Source of the DNA: Prevotella sp. | GTDB taxonomy: Bacteria; Bacteroidota; Bacteroidia; Bacteroidales; Bacteroidaceae | NCBI GenBank assembly: GCA_018054505.1 | Contig: JAGPJJ010000001.1 | Location: 1-53,832 of the forward strand | Length of the DNA: 53,832 nucleotides | Direction of reading: 5' to 3' | Shown: positions 1 through 10,251 of the stretch, piece after piece | Numbering within the stretch: position 1 is the stretch's first letter | How the letters are laid out: each line of letters opens with the position of its first letter | Translations under genes and position numbers: made by a program | The notes under the pieces: model-generated | Told to the model about the DNA's origin: nothing | Database searches by the model: none | Seen by the model: only the letters and a program-made list of their open reading frames with translations

Positions 1-23
1 ACAACATGAACAATTGTGGCTAT

Positions 24-71
24 AAAAAAATTAAGCATAGTTATTAGATTTTCCTGATAACTATGCTTAAT
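24..71 (-). terminator. Intrinsic terminator after carB
   Basis: Inverted repeat TTAAGCATAGTTAT (31-44) / ATAACTATGCTTAA (57-70), followed on the minus strand by a T7 run (24-30), just past the carB stop. Confidence 0.85.
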
Positions 72-89
72 ATGATTATGGTTTATGAT

Positions 90-3000
90 TTAATACTCAC
101 CCCATGCCTTGATATCAATATCATCAAGGGATAATGTACAGAATGCATTGATAAAGGCACTTGCAAGACGACTGTTGGTTATCAATGGAACATTCAAATC
201 AATTGCAGCACGACGAATCTTATAGCCGTTTGTTAACTCATGAGCAGTAAGATTCTTAGGAATATTTACAACCATATCAATCTTCTTCTCATGAAGCATA
301 TCTATAGCCTGTGGATGCTGTCCTTCCTCAGAAGGCCAATATACACGTGTATTAGCTATACCATTTTCTTCAAGATATTTGTTTGTTCCACCAGTTGCAA
401 ACAATTCGTAGCCATTAGCGACAAGTTGCTTAGCTGCATCAAGCATTTCGGCTTTCTGCTTTGCACTACCAGTTGAAAGTAATATAGTCTTTTTAGGAAT
501 TCGATGACCTACTGACAGCATACTCTTAAGCAATGCTGTATTTGTATCATCACCAAGACAACCTACTTCACCAGTTGAGCTCATGTCTACACCTAATACA
601 GGATCAGCCTTTTGTAAACGATTGAAAGAGAACTGACTTGCTTTAATACCAACATAATCCAAATCGAATAAGTTCTTGTTGAGTTTTTCTACAGGAAGTC
701 CTAGCATTACCTTTGTAGCAAGTTCAATAAGATTAATCTTTAGGACCTTACTTACAAATGGGAAGGAACGACTAGCGCGCAAGTTACACTCGATAACAAG
801 TATCTCGTTTTCACGAGCCATATATTGTATGTTGAATGGACCGTTAATATGAAGATTCTTTGCGATCTGACGGCTAACACGTTTAATGCGTCTTACAGTT
901 TCAACATAAATTTTCTGTGGTGGGAACTGAATCGTAGCATCTCCAGAGTGTACACCAGCGAACTCGATATGTTCACTTATTGCATAAGCCATAATCTCAC
1001 CATCCTTAGCTACAGCATCCATTTCAATTTCCTTTGCATGTTCAATGAACTTAGACACAACAACTGGATGATCCTCACTAACGTTAGCAGCAAGCTGAAG
1101 GAAGCGTTTCAGCTCTTCTTCATTAGAACATACATTCATTGCTGCACCTGAAAGCACATAAGAAGGACGCACAAGAACAGGGAAACCTACACGGTCTACA
1201 AACTCATCGATGTCGTCCATACTTGTAAGAGCGCTCCATTCTGGTTGGTTAATACCATTTTCGGTAAGCATTGCAGAGAATTTTGCACGATCTTCAGCGC
1301 CATCAATATTCTGAGCAGTAGTACCAAGTATAGGAACATTCTGTTCGTCAAGTTTAATTGCAAGGTTATTTGGTATCTGACCACCAGTACTTACAATTAC
1401 ACCATGAGGACATTCCATGTCAATGATATCCATTACACGCTCGAATGTGAGTTCGTCAAAATAAAGGCGATCACACATATCATAGTCTGTAGATACGGTT
1501 TCGGGATTATAGTTGATCATGACAGAGCGCCAGCCTTCCTTACGGATAGTATTAAGGGCCTGAACTCCACACCAGTCAAACTCGACAGAACTACCAATTC
1601 GATAAGCACCAGAACCAAGAACGATTACAGAACGTTTGTCATTTTCAAACTCAATATCACTCTTGACACCACTATAAGTAACATACAAATAGTTGGTCTG
1701 TGCAGGGTACTCGGCAGCTAATGTATCAATCTGCTTCACTACAGGAACAATACCATAGCTCTTACGCTTATTGCGCACGAGAAGAGCAGCCTTGTGCATG
1801 TTTCCAATTTCTGTTTCAAGACCAATAGCACGAGCTATCTGGAAATCAGTAAATCCATAAACCTTAGCATTACGCAGAAGTTCTTTATCAATTGTATTGA
1901 TATTGGCATTCTTAAGATTATCATCAAGGTCAATAATATGCTTAAGCTTCTCAAGGAACCATTTATCAATCTTAGTAAGGTCATGAATCTGATCAACAGT
2001 ATATCCCTTATGCATTGCTTTTGATATAACGAAAACTCGCTTATCAGTAGGCTCGCACAAAGCTGCATCAATATCATCAATCTTTAATTCTTTATTTCCA
2101 ACAAATCCATGCATACCCTGTCCTATCATGCGGAGTCCCTTCTGAATAGCCTCCTCGAAATTACGTCCGATAGCCATAACTTCTCCTACAGACTTCATAC
2201 TAGAACCAAGTTCCTTGTCAACTCCACGGAATTTTGAAAGGTCCCAACGAGGAATCTTACAAACAACATAGTCAAGAGCTGGCTCAAAGAATGCACTTGT
2301 GGTTTTGGTTACAGAGTTTTTCAACTCAAACAAACCATAACCCATTCCAAGCTTGGCAGCAACGAAAGCTAGAGGATAACCTGTAGCCTTTGAAGCCAAT
2401 GCTGAAGAACGAGAAAGACGGGCATTAACCTCGATTACACGATAATCCTCGCTTTTAGGATCAAAAGCATATTGTACATTACACTCACCTACGATACCTA
2501 TGTGGCGTACTATCTTTATTGAAAGGGCACGTAACTTATGATATTCGCTATTTGTAAGCGTCTGAGATGGAGCAATAACAATACTTTCACCTGTGTGAAT
2601 ACCAAGTGGGTCAAAATTTTCCATATTACATACAGTAATACAGTTATCATAGCGGTCGCGAACAACCTCATATTCTATTTCTTTCCAGCCTTTCAAACTT
2701 TTCTCTACCAAAACTTGTGGAGAAAAAGAGAAAGCTTTTTCACAAATAACGTTCAATTCCTTCTCGTTATCAGCAAATCCAGATCCAAGACCTCCAAGTG
2801 TATAAGCTGCACGCACAATCACAGGATAGCCCAAATCAGAGGCAGCCTTACGTGCTTGTTCGATATCCTCACAAGCTTCACTCTTTATTGTCTTGACATC
2901 AATTTGTTTAAGCTGATCAACAAACAATTCACGGTCTTCAGTATTCATAATAGCAGCTACAGGAGTACCAAGAACGCGGACATTATATTTTTCCAATATG

Positions 3001-3314
3001 CCAGAGCGGTCCAACTCCACACCACAATTAAGCGCAGTCTGTCCACCAAATGAAAGAAGAATACCATCAGGATGTTCCTTTTGGATAACTCGTTCAACAA
3101 AGTAAGGTTGAACAGGAAGGAAGTAAATCTGGTCAGCCACTCCCTCAGAAGTCTGAACCGTAGCAATATTAGGATTAATAAGCACGGTCTTAATACCTTC
3201 CTCACGAAGAGCCTTTAAAGCCTGTGAACCAGAATAATCAAACTCACCAGCTTCACCAATTTTCAACGCACCTGAACCTAGCAGCAATACTTTCTTTATC
3301 TTTTCGTCTTTCAT
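90..3314 (-). CDS. carB: Carbamoyl-phosphate synthase large subunit
   Basis: 1074 aa; GSGALKIGEAGEFDYSG, duplicated ATP-grasp halves (IEVNARLSRSS, IECNLRASRS), C-terminal MGS-like domain. Confidence 0.98.
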   Translation of the reverse strand: MKDEKIKKVLLLGSGALKIGEAGEFDYSGSQALKALREEGIKTVLINPNIATVQTSEGVADQIYFLPVQPYFVERVIQKEHPDGILLSFGGQTALNCGVELDRSGILEKYNVRVLGTPVAAIMNTEDRELFVDQLKQIDVKTIKSEACEDIEQARKAASDLGYPVIVRAAYTLGGLGSGFADNEKELNVICEKAFSFSPQVLVEKSLKGWKEIEYEVVRDRYDNCITVCNMENFDPLGIHTGESIVIAPSQTLTNSEYHKLRALSIKIVRHIGIVGECNVQYAFDPKSEDYRVIEVNARLSRSSALASKATGYPLAFVAAKLGMGYGLFELKNSVTKTTSAFFEPALDYVVCKIPRWDLSKFRGVDKELGSSMKSVGEVMAIGRNFEEAIQKGLRMIGQGMHGFVGNKELKIDDIDAALCEPTDKRVFVISKAMHKGYTVDQIHDLTKIDKWFLEKLKHIIDLDDNLKNANINTIDKELLRNAKVYGFTDFQIARAIGLETEIGNMHKAALLVRNKRKSYGIVPVVKQIDTLAAEYPAQTNYLYVTYSGVKSDIEFENDKRSVIVLGSGAYRIGSSVEFDWCGVQALNTIRKEGWRSVMINYNPETVSTDYDMCDRLYFDELTFERVMDIIDMECPHGVIVSTGGQIPNNLAIKLDEQNVPILGTTAQNIDGAEDRAKFSAMLTENGINQPEWSALTSMDDIDEFVDRVGFPVLVRPSYVLSGAAMNVCSNEEELKRFLQLAANVSEDHPVVVSKFIEHAKEIEMDAVAKDGEIMAYAISEHIEFAGVHSGDATIQFPPQKIYVETVRRIKRVSRQIAKNLHINGPFNIQYMARENEILVIECNLRASRSFPFVSKVLKINLIELATKVMLGLPVEKLNKNLFDLDYVGIKASQFSFNRLQKADPVLGVDMSSTGEVGCLGDDTNTALLKSMLSVGHRIPKKTILLSTGSAKQKAEMLDAAKQLVANGYELFATGGTNKYLEENGIANTRVYWPSEEGQHPQAIDMLHEKKIDMVVNIPKNLTAHELTNGYKIRRAAIDLNVPLITNSRLASAFINAFCTLSLDDIDIKAWGEY

Positions 3315-3321
3315 TATTACT

Positions 3322-4401
3322 CTACTTTAAAGTTTCTACAAATTTGTCGAACATAAACTCTGTATCAACTGGACCTGAGCAAGCCTCAGGATGGAATTGA
3401 CTTGAGAACCAAGGATTAGTCTTATGGCAGATACCTTCATTAGAACCGTCGTTCATGTTAACAAACAATTCATTCCAATCACTTCCAAGAGTCTTTGCGT
3501 TAACAGCATAACCATGGTTCTGACTTGTGATATAACACTTCTCTGTACCAACAAGACGAACAGGCTGATTATGACCACGATGACCATACTTAAGTTTATA
3601 TATATCAGCACCTGCAGCCTTTGCCAACAACTGGTTACCCATACAGATACCACAGATTGGCTTCGTGCTTATACTCATTTGCTTTCTTATTATGTCGACA
3701 GCATCAGAGCAAACATCTGGATCACCAGGACCATTAGCAAGGAAAAGTCCATCATATTGCATATCGGTATAGTCATAGTTCCAAGGAACTCTTACTACCT
3801 CTACACCACGTTTGATAAGACTTCTTATAATATTTGCCTTAACACCACAATCAACAAGAACGACTTTCTTTCCGGCACCTTCATTATATCTGATAACATC
3901 CTTACAAGAGACTCTATCAACAAAATTCACGCCTTCATAATCAGCTTCTGGAATATTGTTTGGTTCATCATCAAAAATGATTTTACCCATCATTACACCA
4001 TGTTCACGCAGAACTTTTGTAAGTTCCCTGGTGTCGATACCCGTTATGCCTGGAACATGTTCACGTTTAAGCCAGTCAGCAAGACTTTCAACAGCATTCC
4101 AATGACTATACTGCTCGCTATAATCATTAACAATAATAGCCGAAGCATAAATCTTATCACTCTCCATGAAAGTTGGAATGCCATTACTTTCAATTGTGAA
4201 AGGAGGCACACCGTAATTTCCAACAAGAGGATAAGTCAGCGTCATAAGCTGTCCTGCATAAGAAGGGTCTGTTAGACTCTCTGGATAGCCCATCATGGCT
4301 GTGTTGAAAACGACCTCACCGGCAACTGGCGCATCATAGCCAAAGCTTTTGCCGTGAAATTTAGTTCCGTCACTTAAGACCAAAGTTACGTTCTTCATCA
4401 T
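3322..4401 (-). CDS. carA: Carbamoyl-phosphate synthase small subunit
   Basis: GEVVFNT..GYPESLTDPSY, NGPGDP, catalytic GICMGNQ, SQNHGY and QFHPE; adjacent to carB. Confidence 0.98.
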   Translation of the reverse strand: MMKNVTLVLSDGTKFHGKSFGYDAPVAGEVVFNTAMMGYPESLTDPSYAGQLMTLTYPLVGNYGVPPFTIESNGIPTFMESDKIYASAIIVNDYSEQYSHWNAVESLADWLKREHVPGITGIDTRELTKVLREHGVMMGKIIFDDEPNNIPEADYEGVNFVDRVSCKDVIRYNEGAGKKVVLVDCGVKANIIRSLIKRGVEVVRVPWNYDYTDMQYDGLFLANGPGDPDVCSDAVDIIRKQMSISTKPICGICMGNQLLAKAAGADIYKLKYGHRGHNQPVRLVGTEKCYITSQNHGYAVNAKTLGSDWNELFVNMNDGSNEGICHKTNPWFSSQFHPEACSGPVDTEFMFDKFVETLK

Positions 4402-4463
4402 TCTATAATATATATAACTTTAAATATTCTATTTCTATCATCGTCTCTATTTATACAAGCATA

Positions 4464-6344
4464 TTACTTCTCTACACTCTCAACATAATTAACAAAAGCC
4501 TGATTACAAAGTTTTGTTCCGCCAGGTGTAGGGAAATGTCCTGTGAAATACCAGTCACCTTTATGGCTTGGTATTGCTTTATGCAATCCCTCTATGCTTT
4601 GATAAACAATCTCAATAGGAGTTGTTACTCCGTCTGGACGAAGCATTTCCACAATCTTGTGATTTATTTCCTCAATAGTAAATGGTTTGTAGATATTTCT
4701 AACAACATTCACCATATCTTCTTTTGTTTTCTTCAGCTCTTCCTTACACTCATTATAAGTGTCGCGAATGACATTTTCCATTCCACGATCTTTCAATAAT
4801 GCGATTGTAGCTCTAAACACACAGAATTCCTCTAAGCGAGGCATATCAATTCCATAATAGTCAGGATAACGTATTTGCGGTGCACTACTTACGATAACCA
4901 TTTTCTTTGGATGCAGACGATCCATAATTCTAAGAATACTCTTTTTAAGAGTTGTTCCGCGAACGATGCTATCATCAATAATCACAAGGTTATCTTCATA
5001 AGGAGTAATGCTATCATAAGTTATATCATAAACGTGACTTGCAAGATCGTTACGACTATTGCCTTCGGTAATGAAAGTACGTAGTTTGATATCCTTCCAA
5101 GCTATTTTTTCTGACCTTACGTAGTCATGTAATATTTCTTCCAGTTCATCATGAGTCGGTATATGTCCTAGACTCTCTATTTTCTTAATCTTCTCGTTGT
5201 TAAGATATCGTTTGAATCCATTTAACATGCCATAATAAGCAACTTCTGCAGTATTTGGTATATACGAGAAAACAGTATGAGCAGTATCATAGTTAACGGC
5301 CTCAAGAATTGGTTCAGTAAGCTGCTCACCCAATTTCTTGCGCTCATTGTATATATCGCTATCAGAACCTCTACTAAAATATATTCTTTCAAAAGAACAT
5401 GCAGAATCGCCCTTTGGTTGAAGAATCTGCTCTACAGTACATTCACCGTTTCTCTTCACAAGAAGAGCAGCACCAGGTTCAAGCTCCTTCACATCTGCAC
5501 TATCAAGATCAAAAGTTGTCTGAAGAACAGGACGCTCACTAGCCAGCACAACGATTTCATCATTTTTATAGTAGAATGCAGGACGAATTCCCCAAGGATC
5601 ACGCATTGAAAACATCTCTCCACTACCAGTAACACCGCAAACAACATAACCACCGTCAAAGTCAGTCATCGTCGTTTTCAAGACATTACTCATCTTGACA
5701 TTATCTTCAATGTATTTTGTTATATCAGTATTAGTAAGTCCTTTAGTTTTAGCAATTTCAAAATTTCGTTCAACTTCTCTATCCAAACGATGCCCCATCA
5801 ACTCCAACATAATATATGTATCACTATATATCCGTGGACATTGTCCCTGAAGAGTGAGCTTATCAAAAATTTCGTCAACGTTGGTCATGTTAAAGTTACC
5901 ACAGAAGCATAAATTCTTTGCTCGCCAGTTATTTCTTCTCAAGAAAGGGTGAACATAAGTTATTCCACTCTTTCCTGTTGTGCTGTATCTAAGATGTCCC
6001 ATGTATAACTCTCCTGCAAAAGGGAGGTTAGTCTTAGCAAATTCTACATTAGACAAATCATCAGAAGCGATGTTGGCATAGTTCTTATGTACATTATCGA
6101 ATATTTCAGTGATAGCGTTAGAACCTTCAGCACGTTCACGGAACATATATTCGTTGCCCGGCTGAGTATTAAGTTTAACGCATGACATTCCGGCTCCCTC
6201 CTGACCTCTATTGTGCTGTTTTTCCATCATCAAATAGAGTTTATTCAGGGGGTACATCCATGTGCCATACTTTTCCTGATAATATTCCAGTGGCTTGAGC
6301 AGACGAATTAAAGCTACACCACAGTCTTCCTTTATTTCTTCCAT
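4464..6344 (-). CDS. purF: Amidophosphoribosyltransferase (Bacteroidota type)
   Basis: Short propeptide then Ntn Cys (EDCG), QHNRGQEGAG, GHLRYST, CSFERIYF, PRPP loop IIDDSIVRGTT; YPDYYGID suggests the non-Fe-S form. Confidence 0.95.
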   Translation of the reverse strand: MEEIKEDCGVALIRLLKPLEYYQEKYGTWMYPLNKLYLMMEKQHNRGQEGAGMSCVKLNTQPGNEYMFRERAEGSNAITEIFDNVHKNYANIASDDLSNVEFAKTNLPFAGELYMGHLRYSTTGKSGITYVHPFLRRNNWRAKNLCFCGNFNMTNVDEIFDKLTLQGQCPRIYSDTYIMLELMGHRLDREVERNFEIAKTKGLTNTDITKYIEDNVKMSNVLKTTMTDFDGGYVVCGVTGSGEMFSMRDPWGIRPAFYYKNDEIVVLASERPVLQTTFDLDSADVKELEPGAALLVKRNGECTVEQILQPKGDSACSFERIYFSRGSDSDIYNERKKLGEQLTEPILEAVNYDTAHTVFSYIPNTAEVAYYGMLNGFKRYLNNEKIKKIESLGHIPTHDELEEILHDYVRSEKIAWKDIKLRTFITEGNSRNDLASHVYDITYDSITPYEDNLVIIDDSIVRGTTLKKSILRIMDRLHPKKMVIVSSAPQIRYPDYYGIDMPRLEEFCVFRATIALLKDRGMENVIRDTYNECKEELKKTKEDMVNVVRNIYKPFTIEEINHKIVEMLRPDGVTTPIEIVYQSIEGLHKAIPSHKGDWYFTGHFPTPGGTKLCNQAFVNYVESVEK

Positions 6345-6353
6345 ATTATATTT

Positions 6354-8195
6354 TTATTCTACAGTGACTGATTTAGCAAGATTTCTTGGTTGGTCTACAT
6401 TCTTATCCTTGCAGACAGCAATATGATATGCAAGGAGCTGAAGTGGTATTGTTGCAAGCAATGGTTCAAGACATTCAAGCGTCTTAGGTAATTCTATCAC
6501 CTCATCGGCAATGCGACTGATAGTTTCATCTCCCTTCGTCACGAGAGCAATCACTCTACCCTTACGAGCCTTGATTTCCTGAATATTACTAAGCACTTTC
6601 TCATACATTGCATTATGTGTTGCTATAACAACCACAGGCATGTCTGAATCAACAAGTGCGATAGGACCATGCTTCATTTCTGCAGCAGGATAACCCTCAG
6701 CATGAATATAGCTTATTTCCTTAAGTTTCAAAGCACCTTCCAATGCTACAGGATAACTATAACCACGGCCAAGATAAATAAAGTTGTGAGCATAAGTAAA
6801 TATACGACTCAAATCAGCTATTTTATCGTTTTGTTCAAGCACCTCTTTCATCTTTTCAGGAATCAAAGACAACTCTTTTACAACATCATTATATGTTTGA
6901 TCGTCGATTGTACCTTTTTCTTTTGCCAATGCCAATGAGAACATTGCCAAAACAATAACTTGACCAGTGAAAGCCTTAGTAGAAGCCACACCAATCTCTG
7001 GACCTACATGGATATAACTACCCGTATCAGTAGCTCTAGGAATACTTGAACCAACGGCGTTACATATACCATATATCAATGCGCCAAAGCTTTTAGCTAA
7101 TTCTACGGCTGCTAAAGTATCTGCAGTCTCACCGCTCTGTGACATCGCTATAACCAAATCATCCTTTGTAACCACCGGATTTCTATATCTGAACTCACTA
7201 GCATATTCTACATCAACAGGTATGCGGCAGAAAGTCTCAATAAGCTGTTTACCGATAAGTCCAGCATGCCAACTAGTTCCACAAGCAACTATTATTATTC
7301 TTTTTGCAGCAAGCAATCTTTCTTTATAATCTATGACGGCGCTGAGTGTTACATTATCAGCATCTGTATTTATACGTCCGCGCATACAAGTCTTCAAACA
7401 TTCAGGCTGCTCAAAAATTTCTTTAAGCATAAAGTGTGGGTAACCACCCTTCTCTATCTGTCCTAGATTCATATCGATAGTTTTTACAGAAGGATTTAAC
7501 TCGCGATTAAGTATATTCACAACCTTCAGTTCTTCACCGATACGCATAACAGCGATATTTCCATCTTCAAGATAAACAACCTTATCTGTGAATTCAACGA
7601 TAGGACTTGCATCTGAGCCAAGGAAAAATTCATTTTCACCTATACCTACTACTAATGGACTCTGCTTACGAGCAGCAATTATCTGATTAGGTTCGCGCTT
7701 ATCAAGTAATGCTATAGCATAGGCACCGATTACTTGGTGTAACGCTACCTGAACTGCAGTCAGTGTATCTAGGTTTTTCTTAACTTGAACATATTCTATC
7801 AATTGAACCAAAACCTCAGTATCTGTATCAGAACGAAATTTTACACCTTTTGCAATAAGATTATTTTTAATCTCTGCATAGTTCTCAATAATACCATTAT
7901 GAATAATGGCAAGATTTTTTGATTCAGAGTAGTGAGGATGGGCATTGACTGATGAAGGTTCACCATGGGTAGCCCAACGAGTATGAGCAATACCGACATG
8001 ACCATTGATATTTTTGTCCTCACAAAAGGCTTCAAGATCAGCGACCTTACCTTTTGTCTTGAAAACATTAAGATCATCATCATTTATGAGTGCAACACCT
8101 GCACTATCATATCCTCTATATTCGAGTCTTTTTAATCCTTTGATTAAAATTGGATAAGCATCTCTGCTACCAATATATCCTACAATACCACACAT
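6354..8195 (-). CDS. glmS: Glutamine-fructose-6-phosphate transaminase
   Basis: MCGIVG start, HTRWATHG, SQSGETADT, C-terminal PRNLAKSVTVE. Confidence 0.98.
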   Translation of the reverse strand: MCGIVGYIGSRDAYPILIKGLKRLEYRGYDSAGVALINDDDLNVFKTKGKVADLEAFCEDKNINGHVGIAHTRWATHGEPSSVNAHPHYSESKNLAIIHNGIIENYAEIKNNLIAKGVKFRSDTDTEVLVQLIEYVQVKKNLDTLTAVQVALHQVIGAYAIALLDKREPNQIIAARKQSPLVVGIGENEFFLGSDASPIVEFTDKVVYLEDGNIAVMRIGEELKVVNILNRELNPSVKTIDMNLGQIEKGGYPHFMLKEIFEQPECLKTCMRGRINTDADNVTLSAVIDYKERLLAAKRIIIVACGTSWHAGLIGKQLIETFCRIPVDVEYASEFRYRNPVVTKDDLVIAMSQSGETADTLAAVELAKSFGALIYGICNAVGSSIPRATDTGSYIHVGPEIGVASTKAFTGQVIVLAMFSLALAKEKGTIDDQTYNDVVKELSLIPEKMKEVLEQNDKIADLSRIFTYAHNFIYLGRGYSYPVALEGALKLKEISYIHAEGYPAAEMKHGPIALVDSDMPVVVIATHNAMYEKVLSNIQEIKARKGRVIALVTKGDETISRIADEVIELPKTLECLEPLLATIPLQLLAYHIAVCKDKNVDQPRNLAKSVTVE

Positions 8196-8293
8196 AAATT
8201 ATTTGTATCTAATATTATTTTTAAATTTATATATTAAAAAAAAAAGATGAAACCGAATAAATCAATTGTCATCCTTATTTTAAATCATCGTAA

Positions 8294-8572
8294 CTAACTA
8301 CTAATAACCTTTCCCATCATAAAATTAATATTGCTAATATCGGCATGCGAGGCGATTGGTGCTAAACACTCTGCTTGAATGCCTTTACCTATAAAAATAT
8401 ATTGTGAAAAGTAATTGTCTACCTGCTTTATATTACCGACAGGAAAATAAGATATTGCTAAAGCCTTTTGAAAATCAGTAACAACAACATAAGCCACTTT
8501 TTTGCTATCAGAGCAACTGCTCATTAGCAAAACAATTGCCATAATAAATAGTGAAATGAGTGATTTCTTCAT
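8294..8572 (-). CDS. Small hypothetical lipoprotein
   Basis: 92 aa; signal MKKSLISLFIMAIVLLMSS-C with lipobox; consensus promoter about 30 bp upstream. Confidence 0.6.
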   Translation of the reverse strand: MKKSLISLFIMAIVLLMSSCSDSKKVAYVVVTDFQKALAISYFPVGNIKQVDNYFSQYIFIGKGIQAECLAPIASHADISNINFMMGKVISS

Positions 8573-8603
8573 ATCAACAACTCGGTAATCGTTAAAACCT
8601 TTG

Positions 8604-8635
8604 CAAATTTAGCTCTAATATTTGGAAATGGCAAA
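8604..8635 (-). promoter_or_regulatory. Bacteroidota primary-sigma promoter for the small lipoprotein and probably the glmS operon
   Basis: Minus strand TTTG (8635-8632), N20, TAAATTTG (8611-8604). Confidence 0.7.
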
Positions 8636-8694
8636 TATTTGAGCTTTTAAATTAAATACAGATTTAAAATATTATTTATTTTATTCTTAGATAC

Positions 8695-8726
8695 AAAAAA
8701 AACGGGAGAAAGAATCTCCCGTTTTG
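8695..8726 (-). terminator. Intrinsic terminator after uxaC
   Basis: AAAACGGGAGA (8699-8709) / TCTCCCGTTTT (8715-8725) with T-run on the minus strand. Confidence 0.85.
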
Positions 8727-8730
8727 ATAT

Positions 8731-10134
8731 TTAATAGAACTTGAAATAATTTTTAGCATTATTATAAGAAATATCCTCAACCATTCTTGCTAAGGTTTCC
8801 TTATCGTTAGGAAGCAATCCCTTTTCAACATCATTTCCTAAAAGATTACATAGCAATCTACGGAAATATTCGTGTCGAGGATAGCTCAGGAATGAGCGGC
8901 TATCTGTAAGCATACCTACAAAACGGCTAAGCAGACCTAGAACAGAAAGTGCATTCATCTGTTTTGTCATACCATCAAGCTGATCATTAAACCACCAGCC
9001 TGAGCCAAACTGAACTTTACCTGGACATGAGCCATCTTGGAAATTACCAAGCATAGTAGCTATAACTTCATTAGCGCAAGGATTTAGGCAATACAATATT
9101 GTACGTGTAAGTTTGCCATTCATGTTAACCTCATTAAGGAAATGACTCATTGCATTAGCAGTAGTAAACTCACCAATAGAATCAAAACCTGTATCAGCTC
9201 CAAGCTTGTTATACATTAATGTATTATTATCACGTATAGCTCCGTAGTGGTATTGCTGTGTCCAATCTGCAGCATAATCCATTTCTGCACAAATCTTCAA
9301 GAAAGCATGCTTATACTGACGCATCTCCATCACGCTCAGTTGCTGACCGCGAAGAGATTTCTCAAATATAGTTTCGATCTGACTGTCTGTATATGGTTCA
9401 TCATAGAACTCCTCAATACCATGATCTGAAAGTTTACATCCATTTTCAGTAAAGAAATCATGACGCTTCTGAAGAGCATCCACCATGTCTTTAAAGTTAT
9501 TAATCGCTACTCCACTTACCTCAGACAATTTATTAACATAGTCTGCGAAATCAGGCTTTTCAATATTCATTGCCTTATCAGGACGCCATGCAGGAATCAT
9601 TTTAACTTCAAATCCACTTTCACGTGTCTGCTTATGATAGCGCAAATCATCAATTGGATCATCTGTTGTGCAAACGCATTCAACATTATAATGACGCATA
9701 AGACCGCGAGCACTAAACTCAGGCATCTTCAACTTTTCATTACACTCATCATAAATCTCACGAGCTGTTTTAGGACTTAAGATTTTATCTATACCAAAAG
9801 CGGTCTTCAACTCAAGATGTGTCCAATGATAAAGTGGATTACGGAATGTATAAGGTACAGTTTCTGCCCATTTCTCAAATTTTTCCCAGTCACTGGTTTC
9901 CTCACCTGTGCAATACTTTTCATCTACACCGTTTGTACGCATAGCGCGCCATTTGTAATGGTCACCACCAAGCCAAAGTTCTGTAATACTGCGGAATTTG
10001 TGATCATTAGCAACCATCTCAGGAATAAGATGACAATGGTAGTCAATAATTGGCATTTTAGCCGCATGATTGTGGAAAAGTTCCTGTGCTGTTTCGGTTT
10101 CCAACAGGAAATTTTCATCCATAAACTGTTTCAT
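8731..10134 (-). CDS. uxaC: Glucuronate (uronate) isomerase
   Basis: PIIDYHCHL, GDHYKWRAMR, NPLYHWTHLEL, GMLTDSRSFLSYPRHEYFRR. Start moved to 10134 (MKQFMDENF) because a -7 box TATATTTG (10190-10183) overlaps the longer ORF start. Confidence 0.97.
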   Translation of the reverse strand: MKQFMDENFLLETETAQELFHNHAAKMPIIDYHCHLIPEMVANDHKFRSITELWLGGDHYKWRAMRTNGVDEKYCTGEETSDWEKFEKWAETVPYTFRNPLYHWTHLELKTAFGIDKILSPKTAREIYDECNEKLKMPEFSARGLMRHYNVECVCTTDDPIDDLRYHKQTRESGFEVKMIPAWRPDKAMNIEKPDFADYVNKLSEVSGVAINNFKDMVDALQKRHDFFTENGCKLSDHGIEEFYDEPYTDSQIETIFEKSLRGQQLSVMEMRQYKHAFLKICAEMDYAADWTQQYHYGAIRDNNTLMYNKLGADTGFDSIGEFTTANAMSHFLNEVNMNGKLTRTILYCLNPCANEVIATMLGNFQDGSCPGKVQFGSGWWFNDQLDGMTKQMNALSVLGLLSRFVGMLTDSRSFLSYPRHEYFRRLLCNLLGNDVEKGLLPNDKETLARMVEDISYNNAKNYFKFY

Positions 10135-10182
10135 AATCGTTTGTATATTTGATTTATTTGTTTTTAGATATTGTTTTCTATG

Positions 10183-10231
10183 CAAATATAGTGCATTTTT
10201 TTGGAACTACGAGAAAATTAAACTATATTTG
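10183..10231. promoter_or_regulatory. Back-to-back divergent promoters for uxaC and ansA
   Basis: Minus TATATTTG 10190-10183; plus TTTG (10200-10203), N20, TATATTTG (10224-10231). Confidence 0.7.
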
Positions 10232-10251
10232 CATTGTTTTTTACGTAAACG

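Noticed and set aside
3424-4275. 283-aa antisense ORF over carA, and other long shadow ORFs over carB, ppiD, secA and proS
   Set aside because: They lie fully opposite or within conserved genes and lack motifs; this is expected from codon bias.
8196-8293. glmS ribozyme
   Set aside because: The 98-bp AT-rich gap lacks the paired core of that ribozyme, which is mainly a Firmicute element.
10135-10185. N-terminal extensions of uxaC (also mazG, cpdB, rarA) in the ORF track
   Set aside because: Consensus -7 promoter boxes fall inside the extensions, so the downstream Met is the likely start.
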